Assembly (NCBI GenBank): GCA_044464765.1
Contig: JBIQKZ010000019.1
Coordinates: 4,759 to 68,758 of the forward strand
From: Pusillimonas sp.
GTDB lineage: Bacteria > Pseudomonadota > Gammaproteobacteria > Burkholderiales > Burkholderiaceae_B
Direction: 5' to 3'
DNA: 64,000 nt
How positions within the stretch are numbered: position 1 is the stretch's first letter; each line of letters begins with the position of its first letter. Shown in pieces: positions 40,721-50,642 of the stretch. The notes below the pieces were generated by a model, which ran no database searches, had not been told where the DNA came from, and saw only the letters and a list, made by a program, of their open reading frames with translations. A program made the translations under genes and the position numbers.

Positions 40721-41268
40721 TAACCAAGCTTACACCGGCTTTACGCCTACCCATTCTTATTGTCGTCACCCTCGTGCTGATGGCGGGCTGCAATCAGACA
40801 GACAACGCAGAAAACTCCTCAACAGCACGGGGATTGGAAGCCGACAAGCTGGCGCAGCAGGCCGCGCTGCGTTTGCCGGACTTGCAGCTAATGACGCTGG
40901 AGGAGCGTCCCGCCCACTTGAGTTCGTATGTGGGGGTGCCGGTCGTGCTCAATCTTTGGGCGACTTGGTGCCCACCATGCCGGCGCGAGATGCCGGTGCT
41001 CGAGCAGGCCCAGACGGCATTTCCCGACATTGCCTTCGTCTTGATCAATCAGGGGGAAAGCGCGCAACAGGCTAAAGCGTTTCTTCATAGCGAAGGTCTG
41101 AATTTGAAGGATGTTCTGCTCGATCCACCGTCCAAGGCGATGCAGGAAATGCGAACGGGAGGCTTGCCTACTACCTTCTTTTTCGATGCACAAGGGCGCA
41201 TGGTGGACTTGCATTTAGGCGAGATCACGATGAGCGATCTCAAAGACAAGATATCACGCCATTTTTGA
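40717..41268 (+). CDS. TlpA-family thiol-disulfide oxidoreductase lipoprotein (paralogue of the preceding domain)
   Basis: Lipobox LMAGC and WATWCPPC. 98 of 131 aligned residues are identical to the upstream gene's C-terminal domain (manual count). Confidence 0.85.
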   Translation: MITKLTPALRLPILIVVTLVLMAGCNQTDNAENSSTARGLEADKLAQQAALRLPDLQLMTLEERPAHLSSYVGVPVVLNLWATWCPPCRREMPVLEQAQTAFPDIAFVLINQGESAQQAKAFLHSEGLNLKDVLLDPPSKAMQEMRTGGLPTTFFFDAQGRMVDLHLGEITMSDLKDKISRHF

Positions 41269-41303
41269 CCATTCATCGAACCCAGTACGGATAAGGAACG
41301 ACT

Positions 41304-42077
41304 ATGTTTGCACAGCGTGTGCTTTTCGCTTTCATGACTGCGGCGCCTCTCATTCTGATGCCCAGCGGAGGCCAGGCCCAGGTCACGGATAAACCGCCGG
41401 TTATCGACGCGTTGGAAGACCAAGGTGTCATCTTCAAGCAGGAGTTCGAGGCCGGTAAAGGCGTACGCGCCTTCGCCGGTGTCCTGGGCGACAACCCCGT
41501 CGCGGTCTACGTTCTGGCTGATGGCAATGCCGTTGCGGGCACGCGCCTGAATGCCAAGGGCGAGCCGATTGACCAAGCGACACTGCAGAGCCTGGTTGCC
41601 AAGCCCATCAGCGACCAGGCTTGGGCGCAGCTGGAGTCGGCCACGTGGGTGCTGGATGGCAAGGCCGACGCGCCGCGTATTGTCTATGCCTTCACCGATG
41701 CAAATTGTCCCTATTGCCATTTGTTCTGGGAGGCCGCGCGCCCGTGGGTGGATGCTGGAAAGGTCCAATTGCGCCACCTGTTGGTCGGCGTCATCAAAGA
41801 GGACAGCCCGGCCAAAGCGGCGGCGATTCTTGGCGCAGCCGACCCTTCGGCTGCGTTGCGCGAGAATGAAGTCAAGTTCGATCAGGGCGGCATTACGCCC
41901 GCCAAGAGCGTACCGGACGATGTACAGCGGACGCTCGAAGATAATCAAATGCTCATGCTTTCGATGGGATTTCGAGGCACACCTGGCATCATCGTTCAGG
42001 ACGACAAGGGGTTGATCCAGAAGTACAACGGCATGCCGCAACAGGGCGCGTTGACCGAAGTGTTAGGTCCGCGCTGA
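41304..42077 (+). CDS. dsbG: Periplasmic disulfide isomerase/reductase DsbG/DsbC family
   Basis: Signal peptide, an N-terminal dimerisation-type domain, a CPYC active site (FTDANCPYCH) and a GTPGIIV cis-Pro loop. Confidence 0.82.
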   Translation: MFAQRVLFAFMTAAPLILMPSGGQAQVTDKPPVIDALEDQGVIFKQEFEAGKGVRAFAGVLGDNPVAVYVLADGNAVAGTRLNAKGEPIDQATLQSLVAKPISDQAWAQLESATWVLDGKADAPRIVYAFTDANCPYCHLFWEAARPWVDAGKVQLRHLLVGVIKEDSPAKAAAILGAADPSAALRENEVKFDQGGITPAKSVPDDVQRTLEDNQMLMLSMGFRGTPGIIVQDDKGLIQKYNGMPQQGALTEVLGPR

Positions 42078-42125
42078 TGGATCATCTGAGTACAGACGTA
42101 CGGAATTATGTGTCAGGCAGAGGGC

Positions 42126-42929
42126 ATGATGCTTAGTGGCGGGCTGCTTGGGCTTGTAATCGGCGCTGTCTTAGGACTCACTGGGGCTGGAGGCGGTATT
42201 TTTGCCGTCCCGGCACTGGTGTTTGGCCTGGGTATGGATATGCGTGCGGCTGCTCCTATGGCACTCATGGCCGTTGGCTCCGCAGCAATGCTTGGCGCAT
42301 TGCAAGGGCTGCGCCAAGGCCTTGTCCGATACAAAGCCGCGATCGTCTTGGCGACAGCGGGTGCCATTACTGCGCCACTCGGCATCAGGCTGGCTCACTG
42401 GCTTCCTTCCCGGTGGCTGAGCTTGATCTTTGTCGCCGTCATGCTTGTGGTCGCCTACCGCATGTTCATGTCTTCGCGCGGTGCTCAAAACGATGGCGAG
42501 TTGCCCATGGTGCAATCTGGGGTTTGCAAAGTATCCAAGGAGACCGGACGCTTCATCTGGAACCCACGCACCGTCACAACGCTGGGTGGTATCGGAGTGG
42601 TCTCGGGTCTTTTTACCGGCATGTTGGGCGTCGGCGGTGGATTCATCATCGTCCCCGCGCTGGGGTACTTCAGCGAACTTCGCATGCACAGTATCGTCGC
42701 AACATCTCTGCTGGTGATTGCACTGCTATCTGTAGTCACCGTCTTCATTGCGTCGGAACAAGGTCTTTTACTTACTGCTGGGACCTGGGCATTCTCGGCC
42801 GCCACACTCGCAGGCATGGCGAGCGCTCGTTTGCTGGTGCCGAAGATTTCCTCAACGGTATTGCAACGAGTTTTTGCGATCGCCTGCGTTGTGGTGGCGG
42901 CCATGATGCTCATGCGCAATATCGGATAG
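42126..42929 (+). CDS. TauE/SafE (DUF81) family anion exporter-like membrane protein
   Basis: Polytopic, with the repeated Gly-rich motifs LTGAGGGIFAVP and LGVGGGFIIVP. Confidence 0.8.
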   Translation: MMLSGGLLGLVIGAVLGLTGAGGGIFAVPALVFGLGMDMRAAAPMALMAVGSAAMLGALQGLRQGLVRYKAAIVLATAGAITAPLGIRLAHWLPSRWLSLIFVAVMLVVAYRMFMSSRGAQNDGELPMVQSGVCKVSKETGRFIWNPRTVTTLGGIGVVSGLFTGMLGVGGGFIIVPALGYFSELRMHSIVATSLLVIALLSVVTVFIASEQGLLLTAGTWAFSAATLAGMASARLLVPKISSTVLQRVFAIACVVVAAMMLMRNIG

Positions 42930-43003
42930 CCGTTCGTAGACTGGTGTGCTGTTGCGAACGTGCTTCAGCGCCCATTTCTTTAATTATGGATAAAGGGAGT
43001 TCA

Positions 43004-44371
43004 ATGCCCAACCGGAAAATTGATGTCGCCATTATTGGCGCAGGCACCGCAGGAATCGCTGCATTCCATGCGATAAAGGCTGCAGGCAAGAAAGTGGTAC
43101 TCATTGATCGAGGGCCGCTGGGCACGACGTGTGCCCGCGTCGGATGTATGCCGTCGAAAGCTGCTTTGCATGCGGGTATGCGTTGGGAGACCGCAAAGCA
43201 ATTGCCAGACGGAGCTGTCCTCTTCCCGCGGGGACGACAGGCTTTGTGGAAACATGCTCGCGAGACACGGGACATGTTGGCGAACGGAGCAGCAGAGCGT
43301 ACGCGCAATGCGGCAAAGGATAGCTTGATTTTGGCCGAAGCAAGCTTCATTGAACCCGGCGTTTTGCAGGTAGGATCGGAGCGTCTCGAAGCCGACGCCA
43401 TCATTGTAGCGACCGGTTCTAGCCCCGTTGTGCCGAAAGCACTTGAAGGTGTAGCGACTAGAATCCTGACAACCGATACGCTTTTCGACCAGGATTCACT
43501 GCCGAAACGATTGGGAATTCTTGGCATGGGAGCGGTTGGACTTGAGCTGGGTTTGGCGCTCGCTCGTCTAGACGTAGAAGTAATAGGAGCCGATCAGCGC
43601 CATACTATCGGTGGCATTCAAGATCCCATGGTCCAGGAGCGGGCCATTTCTGCATTCATAAGCGAGTTGCCGATGTGGCTGGGAGACTCGGTGGAAATCA
43701 ACCCGGCTGGCGACGGTGTGCTCATGCGTACGAGTGAGCATAGTGCCGTTGTGGACCGCCTTCTGGTCGTCACAGGGCGGACTCCCAATACTGATGCACT
43801 GAATCTGGCGGCTGCGGGAATTTCGCTGGATGATCAAGGTAGACCCTCTATTGACCCCGTTACCATGCAGGCATCAGATGTGCCGATTTTCTTTGCTGGT
43901 GACGTGCAGCCCGACCGGGCTCTGATGCACGAAGCAGCGGATGAAGGGCTAATGGCGGCGCACGCCGCGTTGTCCTACTTGCGCGATGAGCAGTGGCCAA
44001 GTGCATCACGCCGGGTACCGATGTCGATCTTGTTTACGGACCCGGATGTTTGCACAGTAGGGGTGTCCTACGATGCCGCGATGCAGGAGGGTGCGATCAT
44101 AGGGTTGGCCGAAGGCAGTGGCAACGGTCGCTCCAAGATATTGGGTGCAAAAGATAACCTGCTGCGAGTTTATGCCGAGCCGGATACGGGCATCCTGCTT
44201 GGCGCCAGCATGCTGCTGACTCAAGGTGAACATATAGCGCACCTGCTCGCCTGGGCGATTCAGGCGAAGCAAACCGTCGATGAGCTACTGACCATGCCGT
44301 ACTACCATCCCTCCATCGAGGAGATGTTGCAGAGTGCATTGAAATCGGCGTCCCAGCAAATCGGTACTTAA
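43004..44371 (+). CDS. Class I pyridine-nucleotide disulfide oxidoreductase (dihydrolipoamide-dehydrogenase-like)
   Basis: ATG 43004 follows AGGGAG. Motifs are FAD fold IIGAGTAGIAA, redox-active CARVGCMPSK, NAD fold GMGAVGLELG and C-terminal YYHPSIEE. The upstream 197 codons of the track ORF overlap tauE and are rejected. Confidence 0.85.
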   Translation: MPNRKIDVAIIGAGTAGIAAFHAIKAAGKKVVLIDRGPLGTTCARVGCMPSKAALHAGMRWETAKQLPDGAVLFPRGRQALWKHARETRDMLANGAAERTRNAAKDSLILAEASFIEPGVLQVGSERLEADAIIVATGSSPVVPKALEGVATRILTTDTLFDQDSLPKRLGILGMGAVGLELGLALARLDVEVIGADQRHTIGGIQDPMVQERAISAFISELPMWLGDSVEINPAGDGVLMRTSEHSAVVDRLLVVTGRTPNTDALNLAAAGISLDDQGRPSIDPVTMQASDVPIFFAGDVQPDRALMHEAADEGLMAAHAALSYLRDEQWPSASRRVPMSILFTDPDVCTVGVSYDAAMQEGAIIGLAEGSGNGRSKILGAKDNLLRVYAEPDTGILLGASMLLTQGEHIAHLLAWAIQAKQTVDELLTMPYYHPSIEEMLQSALKSASQQIGT

Positions 44372-44398
44372 AGTGACCCACATTCATAGGAGCCGCTT

Positions 44399-44905
44399 AT
44401 GACTGTCCATGCCCGTTCGATTCTTAGCTTTGTTCTCGCATTGTCGAGCTTAATGGTTGCGGTGCAAGTCCCCGCAGCTACTCCCTCTGAGGGATGGAAA
44501 GTGATAGATACCAGCCAAAGCTATTCGGAGTTGCTAAGCCATCTAAAAGAAGCTGTTTCCGAGAGTGACCTGCAAGTGGTATTTGATGTTGGCCCCACCG
44601 AGGCTGCAGCAAAGCGAGGTATCGACATTCCAGGAAACCGAGTGATTGGTGTGTTCAATAACGAATTTGCCGTCGATATTCTGAGTTTGAGTGTGCCGGC
44701 GATGATCGAAGCGCCGATCCGGTTCTATGTGACCGAAGGTGAACATGGCCAAGCTACGCTTTCATGGATTCAGCCTAGTCATATATATGCCCCGTATGCC
44801 GATTCTGCTGACACTGCAACAAGTGCTAAAAAACTTCGTGAAAAATCAAAGGAGCTTGATCTTCTCTTTTCGGAGATTGCAATAAACGCCACGCAAGTGA
44901 AATAG
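44399..44905 (+). CDS. DUF302-domain protein with a signal peptide
   Basis: The signal-like N-terminus ends in VPAAT. The core GIDIPGNRVIGVFNNEFAV...PAMIEAPIRFYV is typical of DUF302. Confidence 0.7.
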   Translation: MTVHARSILSFVLALSSLMVAVQVPAATPSEGWKVIDTSQSYSELLSHLKEAVSESDLQVVFDVGPTEAAAKRGIDIPGNRVIGVFNNEFAVDILSLSVPAMIEAPIRFYVTEGEHGQATLSWIQPSHIYAPYADSADTATSAKKLREKSKELDLLFSEIAINATQVK

Positions 44906-45056
44906 AAGAAATGTGTGCTCGCACGGGTTGCCATGGCTATTAGTCAAGAATGGCAAGCTTGAGGCCTCCTAACGAAGTAACACGATGCTCTAGCTTTCGC
45001 GTTCCCTATATAGCGTGGCCTTCGATTCGCAAACTGCTTGATTTAACTTCCTAATT

Positions 45057-45383
45057 ATGATGACAGGTATGCAGCAAGATAATGAACTGAAAGTTGTGTT
45101 TCACGCCCCGACGCCGGAGGCGCTTCAGCGAGCGCGTAACAACGCGATGAACTTGAGACGGGAGGATCCTGGAGCATATGTGTGTATCGTCATTAACGCT
45201 GAGGCGGTCGCCGGAGCCTTGGATGAGGCGCATCCAGATGCAGATGAATTCACTTGGGTGTGTCCGAATACTCTTGCTCGAATCAATAGGGAGAATCGAC
45301 AGCCACTTCGTTTACTGGATAGAGCCGCAGTCCTTGAGCTTGTTCGCCTACAACAAAGCGGTTGGGCATACATTCGTTCGTAG
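45057..45383 (+). CDS. DsrE/DsrF-like family protein (COG1416-type)
   Basis: 108 aa. The pattern KVVFHAP...[12 protein letters not shown]...IVINAEAV...CPNTL...[14 protein letters not shown] matches small DsrE-like proteins. Confidence 0.6.
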   Translation: MMTGMQQDNELKVVFHAPTPEALQRARNNAMNLRREDPGAYVCIVINAEAVAGALDEAHPDADEFTWVCPNTLARINRENRQPLRLLDRAAVLELVRLQQSGWAYIRS

Positions 45384-45402
45384 CTGTGTGTCCATCCGGC
45401 AT

Positions 45403-47091
45403 ATGGTGTTCCCAAGCGCACAGGCAGCTTCTTTCCCGGCCGGATATTTGCGTTCCGCTACGGTGTTGACCCTGTCTGGTGGCGTACACGCAATGACGTT
45501 CGCGACAGGCCCGCTGCCTTCCTGGTCATTGGCGATTGTACAGATCGCATCTTTGGCGGTGCTTGTGCGTGTCGTTGGCGATGCCAAGTCGCTTAAACAA
45601 GCTGCCATACGGGGCTGGTGGTTCGGCGCGGTGAGCTTTGGAGTCGGTTTGTACTGGCTCTTTATTAGCATGAATCACTATGGAGGTCTTTCCGCTACGC
45701 TGGCTGCTGCTGGTGTAATTGCGTTATCGGCCTTTCTGGCTTTATTTACCGGTATAGCATGTGCAATTTTTTCTTGGTTGCGGCCATCGTCTTTGCGCAC
45801 AGCGCCACTAATGAGTGCTTTGGCTTGGTCGGGAGCATGGGCAAGTATGGAGTGGCTGCGCGCTGTGGCCTTTTCCGGGTTCCCATGGCTGAATATCGGC
45901 TACGCTCATGTTGATAGCCCGCTGGCAGGATGGGCGACAGTCCTGGGCGTGCATGGTACCGCGCTGTCAGCTGCGTTCGTAGCGGCTGCACTGGCTACTC
46001 TTTGTTCGTTTCCTGCTTCTTTGCGCCGGCCTACCATTTTCACGCTATCCGGGCTGCTAGTTGCAGTTGGCGTGGGCGAGCTTTTGACTCATGTCGAATG
46101 GTCTTCGGCCGAAGGTAAACCATTGAATATTCGGCTAGTTCAAGGCAATATTGAGCAGTCTCAGAAGTTTGATCCGGCATTGCTTGAACTGGGCGTTGCC
46201 AGACACTTGCAGCTTGCGGCGAAACCGCCTCTTCCTGACGAACCAGCTCCCGATCTAATCGTGCTGCCTGAGACCGTACTGCCAGTATTCCAGGATGAAC
46301 TCGAAACCCATGTCTGGGAAGCGTGGCGCGACATTGCCGAGCGTCAGCACAGTACGATTGCTATGGGGGCGCCTCTTCGAATCGCACAACCGAGCGGAGA
46401 GTTTCGGTATACCAATAGTGCAATCGGTTTTGACGCTAGTACGCCGGTGCAGCAGTTGATAGAAGGCACGATGCCGCAGCGTTATGATAAGCGCCACTTA
46501 GTGCCATGGGGCGAATATGTGCCACCGGGCTTTGAGTGGTTCGTGCAGATGCTCGACATGCCCATGGGCGAGTTCGACCGTGGTCCCATCCGACAGACTC
46601 CGTTCACGGTAGGCGAGCAGCAACTGGCTTTCAACATTTGCTATGAGGACGTGTTCGGGCCGGAAATTCTACCGGCGTTACTCACAAGCTCCGGCAGCGA
46701 CGAAGGCGCGAGCGTTATCGTCAACATAAGCAATCTCGGCTGGTTCGGTGATACGTGGGCACTTCGCCAGCATCTACAAATTGGCCGGTTGCGCAGCATT
46801 GAGACTGCTCGACCTATGGTTACTTCCACCAACACCGGCATTACGGCAGCTATTGATCCGCATGGCCGTGTTCTAGCCGCATTGCCCCCGCACCGCTCTG
46901 GTGTGCTGCCGGTCACTGTGCAAGGTATGACGGGCCTGACTCCGTATACCCGCTTCGGCGATATCCCCGCGCTGATATTGGTGGCGGTCTTTCTGACGAT
47001 TGCTGCCCGATGTCGTTATAGCCGTCGCTTGTCGAACAGGAGGCACTCGAACGCGCCGGAGTCCTGCTACAGAAGTAATGGAGGCATTTGA
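45403..47091 (+). CDS. lnt: Apolipoprotein N-acyltransferase (Lnt/CutE)
   Basis: Polytopic N-terminus plus a CN-hydrolase domain with the E-K-C triad contexts [19 protein letters not shown] and NICYEDVF. I placed the start at ATG 45403. Confidence 0.88.
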   Translation: MVFPSAQAASFPAGYLRSATVLTLSGGVHAMTFATGPLPSWSLAIVQIASLAVLVRVVGDAKSLKQAAIRGWWFGAVSFGVGLYWLFISMNHYGGLSATLAAAGVIALSAFLALFTGIACAIFSWLRPSSLRTAPLMSALAWSGAWASMEWLRAVAFSGFPWLNIGYAHVDSPLAGWATVLGVHGTALSAAFVAAALATLCSFPASLRRPTIFTLSGLLVAVGVGELLTHVEWSSAEGKPLNIRLVQGNIEQSQKFDPALLELGVARHLQLAAKPPLPDEPAPDLIVLPETVLPVFQDELETHVWEAWRDIAERQHSTIAMGAPLRIAQPSGEFRYTNSAIGFDASTPVQQLIEGTMPQRYDKRHLVPWGEYVPPGFEWFVQMLDMPMGEFDRGPIRQTPFTVGEQQLAFNICYEDVFGPEILPALLTSSGSDEGASVIVNISNLGWFGDTWALRQHLQIGRLRSIETARPMVTSTNTGITAAIDPHGRVLAALPPHRSGVLPVTVQGMTGLTPYTRFGDIPALILVAVFLTIAARCRYSRRLSNRRHSNAPESCYRSNGGI

Positions 47092-47176
47092 GAGTCGGGA
47101 CATCGATATTGGGGAAAACGCCTTTAACGGACTACGACACTTGCTAAGTGCTCGTGGGATCTGGTCAAGCTAATTA

Positions 47177-48094
47177 ATGGAGAGTACGGTGGAACTGCGT
47201 CATCTGCGTTGCTTTCTAGCGGTTGCTGAAGAGCTCCATTTTGCCCGCGCCGCGGAGCGGCTCCACATCGAGCAGTCACCCCTGTCGCGTGCTATCAAAG
47301 AGCTAGAAGATGAGTTGGGTGTGGTGTTATTCGCTCGAACTACACGAAGCACTCGGCTAACCCGAGCGGGGCTACTGTTCTTGGAGCATGCACAACGAGT
47401 CTTCGTCTCCTTAGAGCAAGCCAGAGACAGTGTCAAAGCGGCGGCCAATGGCTTCTACGGTCAATTGCGCTTCGCGTTGTCCGATAGCATTACTCCATCA
47501 CGCTTACCGGCCTTGTTAGCGCTCTGCCGCCAGGAGGAACCTCAGATTGAGATCCGCCTATTCGAGGTGCCTGTGTCGCAGCAGCTCAAAGGGCTGCAAG
47601 AAGACTTGTACGATGTGGGGCTTGCACAATCCAATGAGGTTGGGGACGGCATAGTTGCCGAGCCGGTATGGAGCGACCCGCTGATGGTAGCCGTGCCGGC
47701 GAGACATCCGTTGCTGAGTTATAAGCGAATTCCTCTGAGTGAAGTCTTACGGTATCCACTTGTGCTGTGTGATCCTTTGGCGTGTGAAGGGTTCTCTCGT
47801 CAAATAGACCGGGTGTTGCGGCAGGCCGAAGTAGAGCCTCTAATCGCAGAGCGAGTTGCATCTTACGACCTGATGATGGCATTGGTGTCGGCGGGTTTTG
47901 CACTCAGCCTAGCTAGCGCCCCACATATTGCAGCAAGTCGGGAGCCAGGTATAGTGGCACGGCCGCTTGCGGGCCGCTCGCCGGTGTTAATGACGTATCT
48001 GCTGCGTCGGGATGACGAAGTTTCTGATGAGTTGGCCCGCTTTATCAAGCGCGTGCAGGCTATTGACATACTCCGTCAGCTCAAGCCGATGTAA
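47177..48094 (+). CDS. LysR-family regulator, in the position held by traR upstream of traG in Tn4371-type ICEs (from memory)
   Basis: HTH LRHLRCFLAVAEELHFARAAERLHIEQSPLSRAIKELE, followed by a LysR effector domain. Confidence 0.88.
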   Translation: MESTVELRHLRCFLAVAEELHFARAAERLHIEQSPLSRAIKELEDELGVVLFARTTRSTRLTRAGLLFLEHAQRVFVSLEQARDSVKAAANGFYGQLRFALSDSITPSRLPALLALCRQEEPQIEIRLFEVPVSQQLKGLQEDLYDVGLAQSNEVGDGIVAEPVWSDPLMVAVPARHPLLSYKRIPLSEVLRYPLVLCDPLACEGFSRQIDRVLRQAEVEPLIAERVASYDLMMALVSAGFALSLASAPHIAASREPGIVARPLAGRSPVLMTYLLRRDDEVSDELARFIKRVQAIDILRQLKPM

Positions 48095-48126
48095 TCTGAG
48101 GTCGACTCTAAGGAGCAAATAGAGCC

Positions 48127-48393
48127 ATGAAACGAGTCATCTTTATTTTTCTGGTAATCATACTGAGCGGTTGCGGCCAGTCAGAAACGACTGAACAGAA
48201 GCCGGATGTCCCGACCGTAGAAGAGTTGGCTGCCGATCCTACGATGTTAAAAGAGCTACGCGGGCAGTGCAAGACGGATCGTACCAATATGGAAGATCTA
48301 CTGTGTGACCGGGTGGCCCAAGCAACGCGCCAGCGCTTTTACGGGGACGGCACCGTACCTTACTCCCCACCGGATACGCCACCTAAGTTCTGA
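48127..48393 (+). CDS. Small lipoprotein, EexN/TrbK-like entry-exclusion candidate
   Basis: Lipobox ILSGC. The two-Cys core ELAADPTMLKELRGQCKTDRTNMEDLLCDRV resembles EexN-family lipoproteins. RBS AAGGAG precedes the start. Confidence 0.55.
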   Translation: MKRVIFIFLVIILSGCGQSETTEQKPDVPTVEELAADPTMLKELRGQCKTDRTNMEDLLCDRVAQATRQRFYGDGTVPYSPPDTPPKF

Positions 48394-48626
48394 GTCGTCG
48401 GCATTTCCCTACGAACCCCATTTTTCTTTATCAACACGCCGTAACGCGCCCGCGCCTGCGGCGTTTTCTTTGTATTCGCCCCTCCATGAATTGATGCTTT
48501 TTTTATCAGCATTGTCCCGATAACAGTCTTTGACCAGCACTGATCTGGCACCGATCCTCATAGGCAGGCACATTCGTGTGCCGCTGTTGAGCGAGAAAGT
48601 CAGGCAAGAAAGTCGGAGGCTGGGTC

Positions 48627-50642
48627 ATGCAAGGGACGAACGTACTGTTCGGGCAGATCGCCGTCGTATTCGGCATCGTGATCGCCGGAGTGTGGAGCGC
48701 CACACAATGGACAGCTGCCGCCCTGGGTTATCAGCTACGCCTGGGCTCGCCGTGGTTTGATTTCTACGGTACGCCGATCTATCACCCCTGGCGCCTGTTC
48801 GAGTGGTGGTTCTTCTTCGACGCCTACGCGTCGGAGGTCTTCAATACCGGCGGTGTGATCGCAGGCGGCAGCGGCCTGGTTGCCGTGGTGGTCGCCATCG
48901 GCATGTCGATCTGGCGTTCGCGCCAGGCGCGGCTGGTCACCACCTACGGTTCGGCACGCTGGGCCGAGACTCGCGACATCCGCGAAGCCAGATTGACCCA
49001 ACCTGTCGGCGTCTTCCTGGGTCAGCATGAGGGGCAGTATCTGCGTCACGAAGGGCCGGAGCATGTGCTGGCCTTTGCACCCACGCGTTCGGGCAAAGGC
49101 GTGGGCCTGGTAGTGCCTACCTTACTGTCCTGGCCGGCGTCGACCGTCATTCACGACATCAAGGGCGAGAACTGGCAGATCACCGCCGGCTGGCGTGCGC
49201 GCTTCTCGCACTGCTTGCTGTTCAACCCCACAGATAGCCAATCCGCAGGCTACAACCCGCTGCTGGAAGTCCGGCGCGGCGCGCATGAAGTGCGCGATGT
49301 GCAGAACATCGCCGACATTCTGGTTGACCCCGAAGGTGCATTGGAGCGTCGCAACCATTGGGAAAAGACCAGTCACGCGTTGTTGGTGGGCGCCATCCTG
49401 CATGTGCTCTATGCCGGTGAAGACAAGACGCTGCGCGGCGTTGCCAATTTTCTCAGTGACCCAGCGTGTCCGTTCGAGCTGACCTTGCACCGGATGATGA
49501 CGACCCCGCACCTGGGCCCGGAGGGGGGGGAAGGCAGACCGCATCCTGTGGTGGCCTCCGCCGCCCGTGAGGTGCTCAACAAATCGGATAACGAGCGTTC
49601 GGGTGTGCTGTCCACCGCCATGTCGTTCCTTGGCCTGTACCGCGACCCGACGGTAGCCGAAGTCACCTCGCGCTGCGATTGGCGCATCGCCGACCTGATT
49701 GCCTCTGCCCATCCGGTATCACTGTATCTGGTGGTGCCGCCCTCGGACATTTCACGAACCAAGCCGTTGATCCGCCTGATTCTCAATCAGATCGGACGCC
49801 GGTTGACGGAGTCGCTCGACGGCTCCGACGGCATCGAACGTCGCCACAAGCTACTGCTGATGCTCGATGAGTTTCCGGCGCTGGGCCGCCTGGACTTCTT
49901 CGAGACGGCGCTGGCCTTCATGGCGGGCTACGGCATTCGCAGTTTTTTGATCTCGCAGTCGTTGAATCAAATCGACAAAGCCTACGGCCAGAACCATTCG
50001 ATTCTGGATAACTGCCATGTGCGCGTGACGTTTGCCACCAACGACGAACGCACCGCCAAGCGGATTTCCGAAACCCTGGGCACCGCTACCGAACTACGCG
50101 CCCAGCGCAACTATGCGGGACATCGGCTTGCGCCCTGGCTGGGACACCTTATGGTGTCGCGCCAGGAAACAGCGCGGCCACTCTTGACTCCTGGCGAAGT
50201 CATGCAGCTTCCGCCGGACGAGGCCGTGGTGATGGTCTCCAGCGTGGCGCCGATCAAAGCCAAGAAGCTGCGCTACTACCGGGATGCCAACTTCAAACAC
50301 CGCCTGTTGCCGCCGCCCGTGCTCGCCGCCGGTCGCTATGCGGACGCGCCGCCAGCCCGTTCCGATGATTGGAGTGGTCTGTCGATTCCGACCATTCCCG
50401 TTGCGCCCGCCCCAACGGACAGCGATGGGACGACGGGCACGGCTGACGATGGTGGTCCACGCCATCAGCTTGAGCTGTCCGAGGCCGTCGCCTACAGCCC
50501 GCAGCCGGACTACCCGGCCAGCGACTTGTCGCTGCTCGATGACGACGACCTGCCGCTCGTTCTTCCCCGCCAGCTTGATCCCGCGATGCAGCGCGTGGCA
50601 CGCATGGCCGCCCTCGACCCTGATGACGGAATCCAATTATGA
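48627..50642 (+). CDS. traG: Type IV coupling protein TraG (VirD4 family)
   Basis: Two N-terminal TM segments, Walker A APTRSGKGVGLVVPT and LLMLDEF Walker B. Confidence 0.93.
   Translation: MQGTNVLFGQIAVVFGIVIAGVWSATQWTAAALGYQLRLGSPWFDFYGTPIYHPWRLFEWWFFFDAYASEVFNTGGVIAGGSGLVAVVVAIGMSIWRSRQARLVTTYGSARWAETRDIREARLTQPVGVFLGQHEGQYLRHEGPEHVLAFAPTRSGKGVGLVVPTLLSWPASTVIHDIKGENWQITAGWRARFSHCLLFNPTDSQSAGYNPLLEVRRGAHEVRDVQNIADILVDPEGALERRNHWEKTSHALLVGAILHVLYAGEDKTLRGVANFLSDPACPFELTLHRMMTTPHLGPEGGEGRPHPVVASAAREVLNKSDNERSGVLSTAMSFLGLYRDPTVAEVTSRCDWRIADLIASAHPVSLYLVVPPSDISRTKPLIRLILNQIGRRLTESLDGSDGIERRHKLLLMLDEFPALGRLDFFETALAFMAGYGIRSFLISQSLNQIDKAYGQNHSILDNCHVRVTFATNDERTAKRISETLGTATELRAQRNYAGHRLAPWLGHLMVSRQETARPLLTPGEVMQLPPDEAVVMVSSVAPIKAKKLRYYRDANFKHRLLPPPVLAAGRYADAPPARSDDWSGLSIPTIPVAPAPTDSDGTTGTADDGGPRHQLELSEAVAYSPQPDYPASDLSLLDDDDLPLVLPRQLDPAMQRVARMAALDPDDGIQL

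Noticed and set aside
42413-43003. Upstream 197 codons of the 652-aa track ORF containing the FAD disulfide reductase
   Set aside because: They overlap the TauE-family gene in another frame. The FAD fold begins right after ATG 43004, which has an AGGGAG RBS.
45178-45402. N-terminal extension of the lnt ORF overlapping the DsrE-like gene
   Set aside because: It overlaps a better-supported small gene. ATG 45403 gives an Lnt of normal length starting just before its first TM segment.
48499-48506. TTTTTTAT, which matches the short end sequence reported for Tn4371-family ICE junctions (from memory)
   Set aside because: It lies between two backbone genes (the EexN-like gene and traG) in the middle of the element, and an 8-mer in an AT-rich spacer is not informative. 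No ICE end can be called in this window.
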